From positions 3,673-67,672 of the forward strand of contig JBCLES010000011.1 in NCBI GenBank assembly GCA_038913135.1: a DNA stretch of 64,000 bases. The letters run 5' to 3'. The position numbers and the translations under genes were made by a program. Below, piece by piece: positions 50,812 through 60,092 of this stretch (position 1 is its first letter; every line of letters begins with the position of its first letter). This DNA is from Anaerolineae bacterium. Lineage in GTDB: Bacteria; Chloroflexota; Anaerolineae; Epilineales; Epilineaceae. The notes below the pieces were generated by a model. The model saw only the letters and a program-made list of their open reading frames with translations. It was not told the origin of the DNA and ran no database searches.

Positions 50812-52308
50812 TCACACCACCCGCCCCGCCCCATCCCGCCGCGGATCCCCACCGGCCTCCGCCTTCGCCCCACCTTCCGCCCAACGCACCGCGTTCGCGC
50901 CGCCGAAGTAGCCGCCTCTTTCGCGCCAAGCTTGGACGCGCCAACCCATCGATCTCAGCGAGTCGGGCACTCCGAGATCGTAGCCGGGTTCCAGGTGAAG
51001 GACGCCGTCCTCGAAGTGGACCCGTTGGTGGCCTACCGCCCGGGCCACGTCGGAACCGTCGACGATTAGGCGCGCAATCTGCGATAGCGCGGTTCGTATG
51101 GGGGCGGAGCCGCCGCTGCCGACGGCGACGAGGTCGCCCTCCGCACGCATCATCAGCGTCGGCGACATCATCGTCCCCAACGGCGCGCCTGCTGGGCCCG
51201 CGTGAAATCCGTCCGGGAAGAGATCCGCTTCGCCCAACATGTTGTTGAGCATGAGGCCAGTTCCCGGCACGAGGTAGCCCGCCGTCTCGCCCGCCGACGC
51301 CGTGATCGAGACCGCCATCCCGTTGGCATCGACTACGGAGACATGGGTGGTCGATCCGCGGCCAGCGGGCTCGGCCTCGCCGTTGACGGCCCGCCGCTCA
51401 CGCACCGCGGCGAGCGCCTCGGGCAGCAGGCGGGCGACAACATCGTGGATTTCGCGCTGATCGAACGTCGACAAGTCGCCCGACCAGCCGCCCACCGCCC
51501 CATTCACCGCCGCGATCACCACTCCCCAGCGATGAGCGTCTTCCGCCGTGCCGGGTGCAGACGGCGGTTCATGCTCCGAAATCGCGCTCCAAAGGCCGAG
51601 CAAGCGGGCTAGCATGATGCCGCCTCGCGACGGCGGCGGTGGGACCAGGATCTTCCACCTAGAGAAGTCGACTTCAATTGGCGGCGCCTCGCGCACCTTC
51701 AGTTCGGCTAGGTCGCGCGCCGTGAGCAGGCCTCCGTTCGCCGCTTGGTCCGCGACGATCCGCTCGGCGAGATCGCCCGAATACATCGATCCGAAGCCTT
51801 CGTCCCGAAAAGTACCGAGTAGGTCTGCGAGCGGGCCTAGATCAACGGCGCCCGGATCGTTCATATACGCGCCCGCCCCTCCGAAAAGGGCAGCGCACTC
51901 CGGGGTGTCGGTCATGATCGGCTCGAGCGCGCGCGAGATCGCGATGTGGCCCGGCGGGAAGATCGCGCCTGCTCGTGCTAGCGCTATCGCGGGCTCGATG
52001 ACGTCGGCGAGAGGCATCGACCCCCATCGACGGTGCATGTGAGCTAGGAGCGCGACCAATCCCGGCACTGCGACGCTGGCCCTGCCGACATGGAAGCGGA
52101 TCTGCGTTTCGCTGTATTGAAGGACTTTTTCCCGAAAGTCGAGTTCACCTGCCTTCAATCGCTCGGCCGGTGTGCGCTCGGCCCCCAAGCCCGGCATCGC
52201 GGCGATGGAGGCATCGATCGCATTCCCTCCGCCGGCAAGGATCTCCGCAGCGACGTCGGCCGTCGCCGGCGCGCCGGCAGCGACGGCGCCCTTCAAGCGG
52301 CGCTGCAT
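50812..52308 (-). CDS. ggt: Gamma-glutamyltransferase family protein
   Basis: GGNAIDA, SVAVPG, STTHVSVVD, LNNMLGE, MMSPT, GSGGS; short N-terminal segment seems missing. Confidence 0.88.
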   Translation of the reverse strand: MQRRLKGAVAAGAPATADVAAEILAGGGNAIDASIAAMPGLGAERTPAERLKAGELDFREKVLQYSETQIRFHVGRASVAVPGLVALLAHMHRRWGSMPLADVIEPAIALARAGAIFPPGHIAISRALEPIMTDTPECAALFGGAGAYMNDPGAVDLGPLADLLGTFRDEGFGSMYSGDLAERIVADQAANGGLLTARDLAELKVREAPPIEVDFSRWKILVPPPPSRGGIMLARLLGLWSAISEHEPPSAPGTAEDAHRWGVVIAAVNGAVGGWSGDLSTFDQREIHDVVARLLPEALAAVRERRAVNGEAEPAGRGSTTHVSVVDANGMAVSITASAGETAGYLVPGTGLMLNNMLGEADLFPDGFHAGPAGAPLGTMMSPTLMMRAEGDLVAVGSGGSAPIRTALSQIARLIVDGSDVARAVGHQRVHFEDGVLHLEPGYDLGVPDSLRSMGWRVQAWRERGGYFGGANAVRWAEGGAKAEAGGDPRRDGAGRVV

Positions 52309-52454
52309 GTTGTCGCGTATCTAAGCACGTCGAGTCTCGGTTGATTTGGGGCGGGTATGATCCCGACGCGTGTTACGACGAATCCGGCGAAACGACCCGA
52401 CGGATCGTACTGGAGGGTTCGATTCGACCAGCCTCACGAATGGTAGCCCCGCCG
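52127..52454. repeat. Left direct repeat of the DGR block (ggt 5' end + upstream)
   Basis: 52321-52454 matches 63867-64000 at 128/134; 52127-52196 and 52274-52292 match 63756-63837. Confidence 0.9.
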
Positions 52455-52509
52455 GCACCCACTGTGGCAGGGAAACAGCGAGATTCGGGACGAAGGGTCA
52501 TTTCACGCG

Positions 52510-53874
52510 TCATGGGGGTCGCTCGTCCCTCGACCCAAAGTGTTCTCCGCCACTTCGTTCGAGGTGCTTCTGCACCGATCGATAGAAGCTCGGCCGCCTG
52601 AAGTACATTCCATGAGCCGTGCCGAGGTCTGTCCCGGTAGGGTATCGAATGTCGATGGCGTCCTCGAACACCGGTGCCGCCATAAAGCTGAACACATCGG
52701 CCGGATCGTAGACATTAAGCCACGCGCCCACTCGGCCAGAGAGGCCGGCGACGCGCTGAGGGTGGCGGATGTCGGTGTTGCTGACCATGAACAGCTTCAT
52801 CTCTTCGAACTGTGCCACCTGCCCGCCGACCGATATCCACGCATCAACCGTTAGATCGGGCGCGAAGTACGTCAAGATGTCGTAGAAGATATTGCCGCCC
52901 ATCGAATGGGTCATGACGATCAACGGCTCGTCCGGCGCTGCTGCGCGGGCGTCCTCGATGGACGCGCGGAGGCGGAGCACGATCGGACCGGGGTCTTCAA
53001 AGGTTCCGCGCTGGTTCAGGTAGGCGAAAACATCTCCAAGGAAGTGGGCGGCGTATTCGTGGACGCGTCGGCGGCGGGCTTGGAGCAAGGTCATGCTCAG
53101 CGTACGGCCAAGACGCGAATGGGAGCGATCCAACAACTCCTTGACCTGCCTGTCGAGCGACGCGATCCAGCGCGGGGTGTACGAACTCTCGAAGCCGCCG
53201 TCGATGGCGACAGGGGCTTCGAGGTCAGGCGCGGCGGTCGAGGCGCGAAGGAGCGCCTCGTAGCGACTTCGAATCTGGTCACCGATCACTTCCTGCGCCT
53301 GCTTGTCATTCGTCAGGCGCTGGATCGAGGAGCGCAGATTCGAATCGTGCGCCGCCTCGTCGGCCGCCAGCAGCAAGAGCGCTTCACGCTCTCCGCGCCG
53401 GCGGGCGCGCGCGCTTTCTGTGGCCGTGGCATCTTCGGGGAGGCCGAGCGCCAGTTCCTCCATGATGATCGGTGAGAGCAGGAGATCGACGGCTTCGGGC
53501 AGGTTGGTTTGTGCCAGGCGAAGAAAGACCGGCGATGACCGGTCATCGTTGGCGACGGACTCGGTGCCGCCGGAGTCGAGGGCCAGGCCAGCGAGTGCCA
53601 GCCGCTCATCGGTGATGGGGAGCACGAACTCCTCGCTTGCGACACCGCCTTCGGCGCGTTCGTAGAAGCGCACGTCGGGCAGGGACCGCAGGCCCCACGC
53701 AAAGTCGACCCCGAGATCGCCCCAATATGGATCGTGGATGGCTGCTTTAGCCAGTCGGCCGCCGGAAAGTGGCTCGAGCAGGCAAGCTCGCAGGAGCCGC
53801 TCGCGGACGTGACGATCCGACTCGTAGCGCGGACCTCTCCGGATGTTGACGCCGTGGATGAAGACGAGCGGCAT
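52510..53874 (-). CDS. Alpha/beta-hydrolase-fold protein
   Basis: LVFIHGV, YWGDLG, FLGDVFAY, IVMTHSMGG, WLNVYDPAD, AHGMY (Ser-Asp-His pattern). Confidence 0.75.
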   Translation of the reverse strand: MPLVFIHGVNIRRGPRYESDRHVRERLLRACLLEPLSGGRLAKAAIHDPYWGDLGVDFAWGLRSLPDVRFYERAEGGVASEEFVLPITDERLALAGLALDSGGTESVANDDRSSPVFLRLAQTNLPEAVDLLLSPIIMEELALGLPEDATATESARARRRGEREALLLLAADEAAHDSNLRSSIQRLTNDKQAQEVIGDQIRSRYEALLRASTAAPDLEAPVAIDGGFESSYTPRWIASLDRQVKELLDRSHSRLGRTLSMTLLQARRRRVHEYAAHFLGDVFAYLNQRGTFEDPGPIVLRLRASIEDARAAAPDEPLIVMTHSMGGNIFYDILTYFAPDLTVDAWISVGGQVAQFEEMKLFMVSNTDIRHPQRVAGLSGRVGAWLNVYDPADVFSFMAAPVFEDAIDIRYPTGTDLGTAHGMYFRRPSFYRSVQKHLERSGGEHFGSRDERPP

Positions 53875-54075
53875 GATCGCGTTGCCTCCGCATAATGTCT
53901 TAAGGCCGGACGAGCACGGCGATGATACCTCACCGCCAGGACCAACATGCCCACCTCCGGCCTATCGATGGCCCTACCTGTGGGGTGCATGGTATCTTCC
54001 CGGTGGCCGGAGCGCTCCCCGCGCGCGCATGATGCTAGCCGGGCCGCACGCCAAGCCGATGCGGAGGTGTCCTGA

Positions 54076-57000
54076 GTGCCTGATCACTTCCTGAACGAAC
54101 GTGAACTGCGATGGGAGCGAAGCGAGACCCGCGCTCTGCACGACCTGCTGAAGTCGATGTACCCGCGCCAAGACGATGCGATCGAAGCGCTCCAGGCTCT
54201 CGGTTTCGCGTACCCGGAGGCAGACTTCGAATTTCATCCCAAGATGGATCGAAGCTGGCGCAAGATCATGACGGACTTGCACAGGCGGGCCAGGCTGATC
54301 CGCCTTATCGAGATCGCGTCGGCGGATGAGCGGCTGAGCCGATTCCACTACGAACTGCGGGTTCTTAGAGGTGGTGTCGCAGCCGAGCCGACTCCGGACC
54401 CAAGCTCCTCCGCGGACCTGGATTGGCGGGGCGCGCCAATTACGTCTGCCGGTGGTTTCGAGCGACTCTTGCGCGACGGCCGGTCGCTCGTTCCGACGAG
54501 CTTCTTGTCCGAGGGAGCGCGCGTGGCCGCGGCCGTCGCATGGATCGAGGCTAAGTTTCCGAACGATCACAGCTGCAAGGGATCGGGCTTCCTGGTGGGG
54601 CCGGATCTCCTGCTGACCAACCACCACGTGCTCCACGACGCGACGGCCGGCCAGGTGGCCGCTGGCGAAGTCGAGGCCCGCTTCGGCTATGAGGAAAGCG
54701 GTTATGGTTTGATGCCGCCTTGGCGTACCGTGGCGGGTCTTGTCGACACCATCCGGGGTGATGCAACGCACGATTGGGCGGTGATCCGCCTCGCGGAAGC
54801 GCCGGGCAATGAGTACCGGTGGATACCGCTGGCGCAGGATTCATTGATCGCTGTGGACGAGCCGGTGTACATCATCCAGCATCCGGGCGGGCGTCGGAAG
54901 ATGGTGTCGATCGATCCGGCCGGCGTGGTGCGCTTCTTAGACGACGACCGGATCCAGTACCTGACCGAGACCGAGGAAGGCTCCTCCGGCGCTCCGGTGT
55001 GCAATCGCTCATGGCAGGTTGTCGCCTTGCACCATCGCTGGGAGGATGTGAGTCACGGTGACGGTCAGGAAAAACGAAACCAAGGTATACCTATCGCCCG
55101 TGTCATCGAAGGACTTACGGCAGCGGGGATTGCGATCGGCGGAAACGCGGCTGATGCCGCGCCCGGTCTGCCTCCCAGCGCGGTGTCGCTGGAGAGCATC
55201 GCACGGCGCAAGGCGGCCGTGGAACCCAGCACCGAGCTGCCGAGCGCCCGCGAACCGATAGGTCATGGGCACGAAACCGAACAACTGCGGCGCTGTCTTG
55301 CTGAAAATATCGAGGCCGGCCGAGGCGGCTTCGTGGCCCTGTACGGCGGGCGCGGCTACGGGAAGTTCGCCTTGGCTCGGAGTGTCCTGGAGACATTGGC
55401 CGACGACGGCGCGACGGTGCTGGCCACGAGCTTCGGAAGCCCGCCGACGGTGGGAGAGTCGACGGCTTCAGTCGCGCTGCGCGAACGGTGGCCGCAGGCA
55501 TCGGATCGGGCGGGTTGGGCATGGCTCGATCTCGTGATGCAGGCTGAAGCCGCGATCGCTCAGAAAGGCCGCACGCCACCGTCGGAACATGATACCGACG
55601 GCGCCGCGCATCTGCGCGCCCTGCTGCGGGCTCTGGCCGCCGATGGCCCGGTGCTCCTGCTCCTGGACGAGTTGAGCAGGGCCGAGGGCCCGTCGTCGGA
55701 ATGGTGGCCGCGCTGCCTCCTTGACCTTGGAGAGCAGATGCGGAACGGCCTGCCCTGCAACGTGATCATGACATTACCGCCCCTTCCCTTCGACTGGGGG
55801 ACATGGATCGGCGAAATGCTTGAGCAGGTCGACGATCTGCTCCAACTGCGTGTAGACCTGGACCAGATCTCGGGTGAGGATGCCGAACGCTATCTCGCTC
55901 AGCGCCTCGACGGTGCCGTGGAAGGTATGGTGGCCGAGAACTTGTGTCGGTTGGCCGACGGTGTCCCAGCAGTGTTCGAGGAAATCGTCGATTGGAGTCT
56001 CGATGCCCGCGTCCCCGGTCCTGACGGCCGTCCTGTCGCCGCCCTCACCTGGGATGACCAGGAGATGATGTGGCGCGCAGCTCCGGGTACGGGGGATCTT
56101 GTTTTCGAGACGGCGCATGACAGTGTGCTGAAGGTGTTGGACGCCCTTGTTCCAGCAGAAGACGCCAGCGCCTGGGCGGCGGCGGCCGGGATGCTGAACC
56201 ACCGCGATCATCCGTCTCCCGCGGCACTCCGCCAAGAGGTGAAGTTCATCCTGGGCTGCGCTGCACTCGAAGGGCGGAGCTTCACAGTGGAGGTCGTCGC
56301 CGCGGTTCTGGGTCTCGATGCCGAACTGCTCATCGACGGGCTGGACGAGTATCTGGTTCGGAATGACGAGACCGGCCTCTTGGAGGACGATGGGTTCACG
56401 GAATTGTCGCCGGCGCTAGCGACCGCGCCGCTCCCCGTTCCGCCCAGCGGCTCTGGCGCGTCGCGCTACCTGCATCACTATCGTTTCCGCTGGGCATGGC
56501 AGTGGCGGACGTGCGCGAAGTACTTTCTCGACGACACGGGGAGGGCCCAATTGATCGGCCCTCTCACGAGTGCGATCGAGGGGCTGGTTCCGACCATGCA
56601 TCGCTCCGCGTTCGCGCCCGCGCTGCGTGGCCTGTTCCAGCTTGGAAGCGAACTCGAAGCGCGTGGCGCCATTCGAACCGACGTCGAGAACTATTGGCAT
56701 CTCCGGGCCGACGAGTACCGGAGCCTGGGCCGCCTCGGCGAACTCCAGTCACCTGCGCTTGCGACCCTCCAATGGCATGTCGAAGTGCTCGATCAGCGTG
56801 ACGATCGGCGTACGCCCGATCACGACCGGCTCCTTCTTCAACTACGCCTCACGTTGGCAGAGGCTATTTTGCATGCCGTCGCGGACGGTGAGCTGGACGA
56901 CGCGCGCCTCGCCGCCGCGGAGGCGGAGCGCGCAGCCACACTAGCGATTACCCTCGGAAGCAAGCAGAGCGAGGAACAGGCCCGGACCCTCCACCAAGCC

Positions 57001-58308
57001 GCCGCGATGGCCGATGCGCTGTTGCGCACGACGACGTCCGACGACGCCCGCGAGTCGCTGTCGAACCTGCTCGCCGCCGGTCTGGGCAAAGCCGCCGACG
57101 CGAACCAATTGGACCCGAGTGCCCTGGCCGCCGACTCCCGCCAACCACTGGCGCAAGCCATGGTAACCATCCTCGATCACCGCGAGATCGATCTGGATGC
57201 CCGCATCGCGGCCAGTCTGACCCTCGGCCGCATCGGCGACCCGCGCTTCGAGCGCCGCGACGGCCCTGAAGGCGCGTACATTTCCCCACCCCTCGTCGCC
57301 ATACCCGCGGGCAGCTATCCCATCGGCTCTTCGGCCGACCCGGACAGCCTCTGGTTCGATCCGAAGGGCTTTGCAGATGAACGTGAAGCCCACGAAGTCG
57401 AGCTTGATGCCTTCGGAATCGGGCGCTACCCAGTGACGAATGCCGAGTGGGCGTGCTTCATGGCGGCGGATGGCTACGTTGATGAGCGTTGGTGGACGAA
57501 TCCGGTGGCGCGTGCGTGGTTGGCGGGAGATCCGAAACAGCAAGAGCTCGGCCGCGAGGGGTGGCGAAATTGGTGGCGCTCGGCCCAAGAGCAGGTCAAT
57601 CTCGAAGCGTGGTTGCAGAGCGAAGCCGCGTCCAGGCAATGGTCAGCATACCAGCTGCGAGACCGCCGCGGGATCGCGCGGCTCGAAGCTCGCCGCTTGG
57701 AAGAAGTCGTGCATGGATGGTATCCCGATAGACCTCCACACGAACCATCCGAATGGCGAAATCCGAAGTTCAATAATCCCTCCCAGCCCGTGGTCGGCGT
57801 TTCATGGTTCGAGGCATTGGCGTACTCCAATTGGCTCTCGGCACAGACAGGGCTGGAGTTCCGTCTGCCATCGGAGGTCCAATGGGAGGCAGCAGCCCGG
57901 GGAACGGCCGGCCGGCGCTTTGCCTTCGGCGACGTCTTCGATCAAGCACTCGCCAATACGGCGGAGACGGAGCTCGAGCGGACAACGCCGGTAGGCGCGT
58001 ACTCCGGCGGCTCGACGCCGGAAGGAGTGCACGACTTGTGCGGCAATGTGTGGGAATGGACGCGATCGCTTTGGGGCACGAACGGCGAGCAGCCGGACTT
58101 CACGTACCGGTACGTCGCCGACGACGGTCGCGAGAAGGAAGAGGCGCCAGCGCAGCGCCTGCGGGTGTTGCGGGGCGGGTCTTGGATCGATACAGAGCTC
58201 GGCGCCCGCGCGGCGGTCCGCTACGGGAATTTCCCGACCGAACGGTTCACGAGCAGCGGGTTTCGGCTGGTTTGCGCGTCCCCCATCTCGCTGGCCACTG
58301 AGCGCTGA
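54076..58308 (+). CDS. DGR target 1: EAD-like + trypsin protease + P-loop NTPase + FGE-sulfatase/C-type-lectin fold
   Basis: GSGFLVGPDLLLTNHHV, DWAVIRL, TEEGSSGAP; GGRGYGKF and LLLLDE; YPVTNAEW, PVVGVSWFEA, RLPSEVQWE, GNVWEW, RVLRGGSW...GFRLV. Confidence 0.92.
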   Translation: MPDHFLNERELRWERSETRALHDLLKSMYPRQDDAIEALQALGFAYPEADFEFHPKMDRSWRKIMTDLHRRARLIRLIEIASADERLSRFHYELRVLRGGVAAEPTPDPSSSADLDWRGAPITSAGGFERLLRDGRSLVPTSFLSEGARVAAAVAWIEAKFPNDHSCKGSGFLVGPDLLLTNHHVLHDATAGQVAAGEVEARFGYEESGYGLMPPWRTVAGLVDTIRGDATHDWAVIRLAEAPGNEYRWIPLAQDSLIAVDEPVYIIQHPGGRRKMVSIDPAGVVRFLDDDRIQYLTETEEGSSGAPVCNRSWQVVALHHRWEDVSHGDGQEKRNQGIPIARVIEGLTAAGIAIGGNAADAAPGLPPSAVSLESIARRKAAVEPSTELPSAREPIGHGHETEQLRRCLAENIEAGRGGFVALYGGRGYGKFALARSVLETLADDGATVLATSFGSPPTVGESTASVALRERWPQASDRAGWAWLDLVMQAEAAIAQKGRTPPSEHDTDGAAHLRALLRALAADGPVLLLLDELSRAEGPSSEWWPRCLLDLGEQMRNGLPCNVIMTLPPLPFDWGTWIGEMLEQVDDLLQLRVDLDQISGEDAERYLAQRLDGAVEGMVAENLCRLADGVPAVFEEIVDWSLDARVPGPDGRPVAALTWDDQEMMWRAAPGTGDLVFETAHDSVLKVLDALVPAEDASAWAAAAGMLNHRDHPSPAALRQEVKFILGCAALEGRSFTVEVVAAVLGLDAELLIDGLDEYLVRNDETGLLEDDGFTELSPALATAPLPVPPSGSGASRYLHHYRFRWAWQWRTCAKYFLDDTGRAQLIGPLTSAIEGLVPTMHRSAFAPALRGLFQLGSELEARGAIRTDVENYWHLRADEYRSLGRLGELQSPALATLQWHVEVLDQRDDRRTPDHDRLLLQLRLTLAEAILHAVADGELDDARLAAAEAERAATLAITLGSKQSEEQARTLHQAAAMADALLRTTTSDDARESLSNLLAAGLGKAADANQLDPSALAADSRQPLAQAMVTILDHREIDLDARIAASLTLGRIGDPRFERRDGPEGAYISPPLVAIPAGSYPIGSSADPDSLWFDPKGFADEREAHEVELDAFGIGRYPVTNAEWACFMAADGYVDERWWTNPVARAWLAGDPKQQELGREGWRNWWRSAQEQVNLEAWLQSEAASRQWSAYQLRDRRGIARLEARRLEEVVHGWYPDRPPHEPSEWRNPKFNNPSQPVVGVSWFEALAYSNWLSAQTGLEFRLPSEVQWEAAARGTAGRRFAFGDVFDQALANTAETELERTTPVGAYSGGSTPEGVHDLCGNVWEWTRSLWGTNGEQPDFTYRYVADDGREKEEAPAQRLRVLRGGSWIDTELGARAAVRYGNFPTERFTSSGFRLVCASPISLATER
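58157..58289 (+). repeat. DGR variable region VR1
   Basis: Inverted copy of 60093-60225; mismatches concentrated at A-involving sites in codon positions 1-2. Confidence 0.88.
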
Positions 58309-58323
58309 TGCCGCGTAGCGGCA
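58309..58323 (+). other. Post-VR hairpin (candidate DGR target-recognition stem-loop)
   Basis: TGCCGC-GTA-GCGGCA immediately after the target 1 stop codon. Confidence 0.6.
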
Positions 58324-58391
58324 GGCAGTTCACGCCGTTGGCATCTCGACCAAGGTTGGTGACCACGATCCACGCTGATCGGTGCGGGTCG

Positions 58392-59501
58392 TCAGCTCTC
58401 GTCCGGACTTTCGACCCCGGCGATAGACTTCGGCTCGGCCCTTGGTCGACCGGACAATGGCCGGCCAAGAATGTGATTGCGCAGGCCCCACGTGTCGGCG
58501 TAGCTGACGTGGGCGAGCCAGCCCTGGACGCTCGCGTCGAACTCGGCGAAGGTGATCTGGCCGGCGCAGTACTCGCTCCAGTGAAGGCGGAGGCGGCGGT
58601 CGAAGTTCACGATCTTGCGCGCCTTAATCCGTCGGTGGGACGGGTAGACGATGAAGCCTAGCCACGGGGTGCCGGTGGTGACCGGCGCGACCTGGGCGTT
58701 ATGGTCGTGGATGGTCAGACGCAGGTCCGCAAGGCGCTGGACGATGTCCGACTTCCATCGCCAGAGTTTGCGCTTGTCGTCGGAGAAAAGCGCAAGGTCG
58801 TCGACGTAGCGCACGTAGGCGGAGCATCGGAGATGGCGGACGATGAAGTGATCCAGCGGATCGAGATAGCAATTGGACCAGAACTGGCTCGTCAAGTTGC
58901 CGATGGGAAGGCCGCGCGGACGCTCGGCGGCCATCAGGTCGTCGCCCGGGAACCAGACCATCTCGTATTCGTCGGCCAGGACGCCACGGCCGCTCTCGAG
59001 GATGCGTCCGACCAAGTCCATGATGTCGTCTTCCGGTATGGCGCGCGCCAGGAGATCCGTCAGGATGGCGTGATCGATCGAAGGGAAGTGGCGCACGACG
59101 TCCATGCGCAGGGCGAAGCGATAGCGCCGCGCGTGGTCCTGCAACCGGTCCACGGCGCGGTGGGTGCCTTTGCCGCGGCGGTTGGCGTAGCTGTGCGGCA
59201 GGAAGCGGCGTTCGAAGCGGGGTTCGATGATGTTGCAGAGCGCGTGGTGCACCACCCGGTCACGGAAGGGTGCGGCGCTGATCTTGCGGACCTTGGGCTC
59301 GTGGATGTGAAAGTGCACGTAGTCGCCCGGCGTGTACACGTGCGTATACAACTCGGATTCGAGCTCGATGAGTCGATCGGTGAGCCGGTGCTCGAAAGTG
59401 GCCGCCGCGCCCATGCCTCGCTTTCCACGCGCCGCCTTGCGCCAGGCCTCGAGCAGGTTGTCCCAGCCGACAAGACGCGCGTAGGCTTCACTGTGAGACA
59501 A
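58392..59501 (-). CDS. DGR-type reverse transcriptase
   Basis: [65 protein letters not shown]; no maturase or endonuclease domain. Confidence 0.95.
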   Translation of the reverse strand: MSHSEAYARLVGWDNLLEAWRKAARGKRGMGAAATFEHRLTDRLIELESELYTHVYTPGDYVHFHIHEPKVRKISAAPFRDRVVHHALCNIIEPRFERRFLPHSYANRRGKGTHRAVDRLQDHARRYRFALRMDVVRHFPSIDHAILTDLLARAIPEDDIMDLVGRILESGRGVLADEYEMVWFPGDDLMAAERPRGLPIGNLTSQFWSNCYLDPLDHFIVRHLRCSAYVRYVDDLALFSDDKRKLWRWKSDIVQRLADLRLTIHDHNAQVAPVTTGTPWLGFIVYPSHRRIKARKIVNFDRRLRLHWSEYCAGQITFAEFDASVQGWLAHVSYADTWGLRNHILGRPLSGRPRAEPKSIAGVESPDES

Positions 59502-59512
59502 GGAGTCGCCCC

Positions 59513-59854
59513 TTGGCCGACGACATGGTCATCTTCAGCCGTACATTCGACATGCTCGACTGGCTGCTGCCCAAAGGCGAGAGCTTTCCAAGGACCTATC
59601 GGAACACGGTCACGCAGCGGATGATGGATTCCGCGCTCGACTTCCACGAGGAGCTGAACGCGGCACGCAACCAGGGTGGGAGCACGCGGCAGCGGCATCT
59701 CCGCAGCGCAAGCGCCCACCTCGATTCGTTGCGACTATACCTGCGCTTGGCGCAGCGTTGGGGCTGGATCACGCCGGGCCAGCACCGACACGCCAGCGGC
59801 ATGCTCGCCGAAATCGGGCGCCTGCTCGGCGGCTGGCAACGCGCCAAAGAGTGA
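59513..59854 (+). CDS. avd: DGR accessory variability determinant Avd (four-helix bundle)
   Basis: 113 aa, basic: [35 protein letters not shown]; AAGGAG RBS. Confidence 0.92.
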   Translation: MADDMVIFSRTFDMLDWLLPKGESFPRTYRNTVTQRMMDSALDFHEELNAARNQGGSTRQRHLRSASAHLDSLRLYLRLAQRWGWITPGQHRHASGMLAEIGRLLGGWQRAKE

Positions 59855-60092
59855 GGCGCCTCGCGGCCCGTGGGCCAGGGAGGCGCCTCGCTTGAATATG
59901 TGCCCGGCGGTGGCCCCGGAAGGCCGACCGCGCGGACGGGACGAGCCTGCGCCATCTCGATACCTTCGCCTCGGCCCGCGAACCGTGGTCGGCGGGCAAT
60001 GCCGGAAGCCTTACCCTTGCCTGCGTCCCAGGACGCTCCAGGGGGCCGGCTCGCAACGGGCGGCATTTCACCCGCGCCTTCGAAGGGGGACA
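59853..60092 (-). ncRNA. Structured region resembling the TR-to-RT spacer of DGR RNA
   Basis: GC-rich stems (GCCCGC...GCGGGC; two GAGGCGCCTC palindromes at 59853-59862 and 59880-59889) between a VR-like repeat and the RT; role inferred from position and recalled similarity. Confidence 0.45.

Noticed and set aside
58392-59501. Group II intron, retron or CRISPR-associated RT
   Set aside because: It has IGNLTSQ rather than PQG, no maturase or endonuclease domain, no VTG retron motif or cas1, and sits next to avd and VR-bearing genes.
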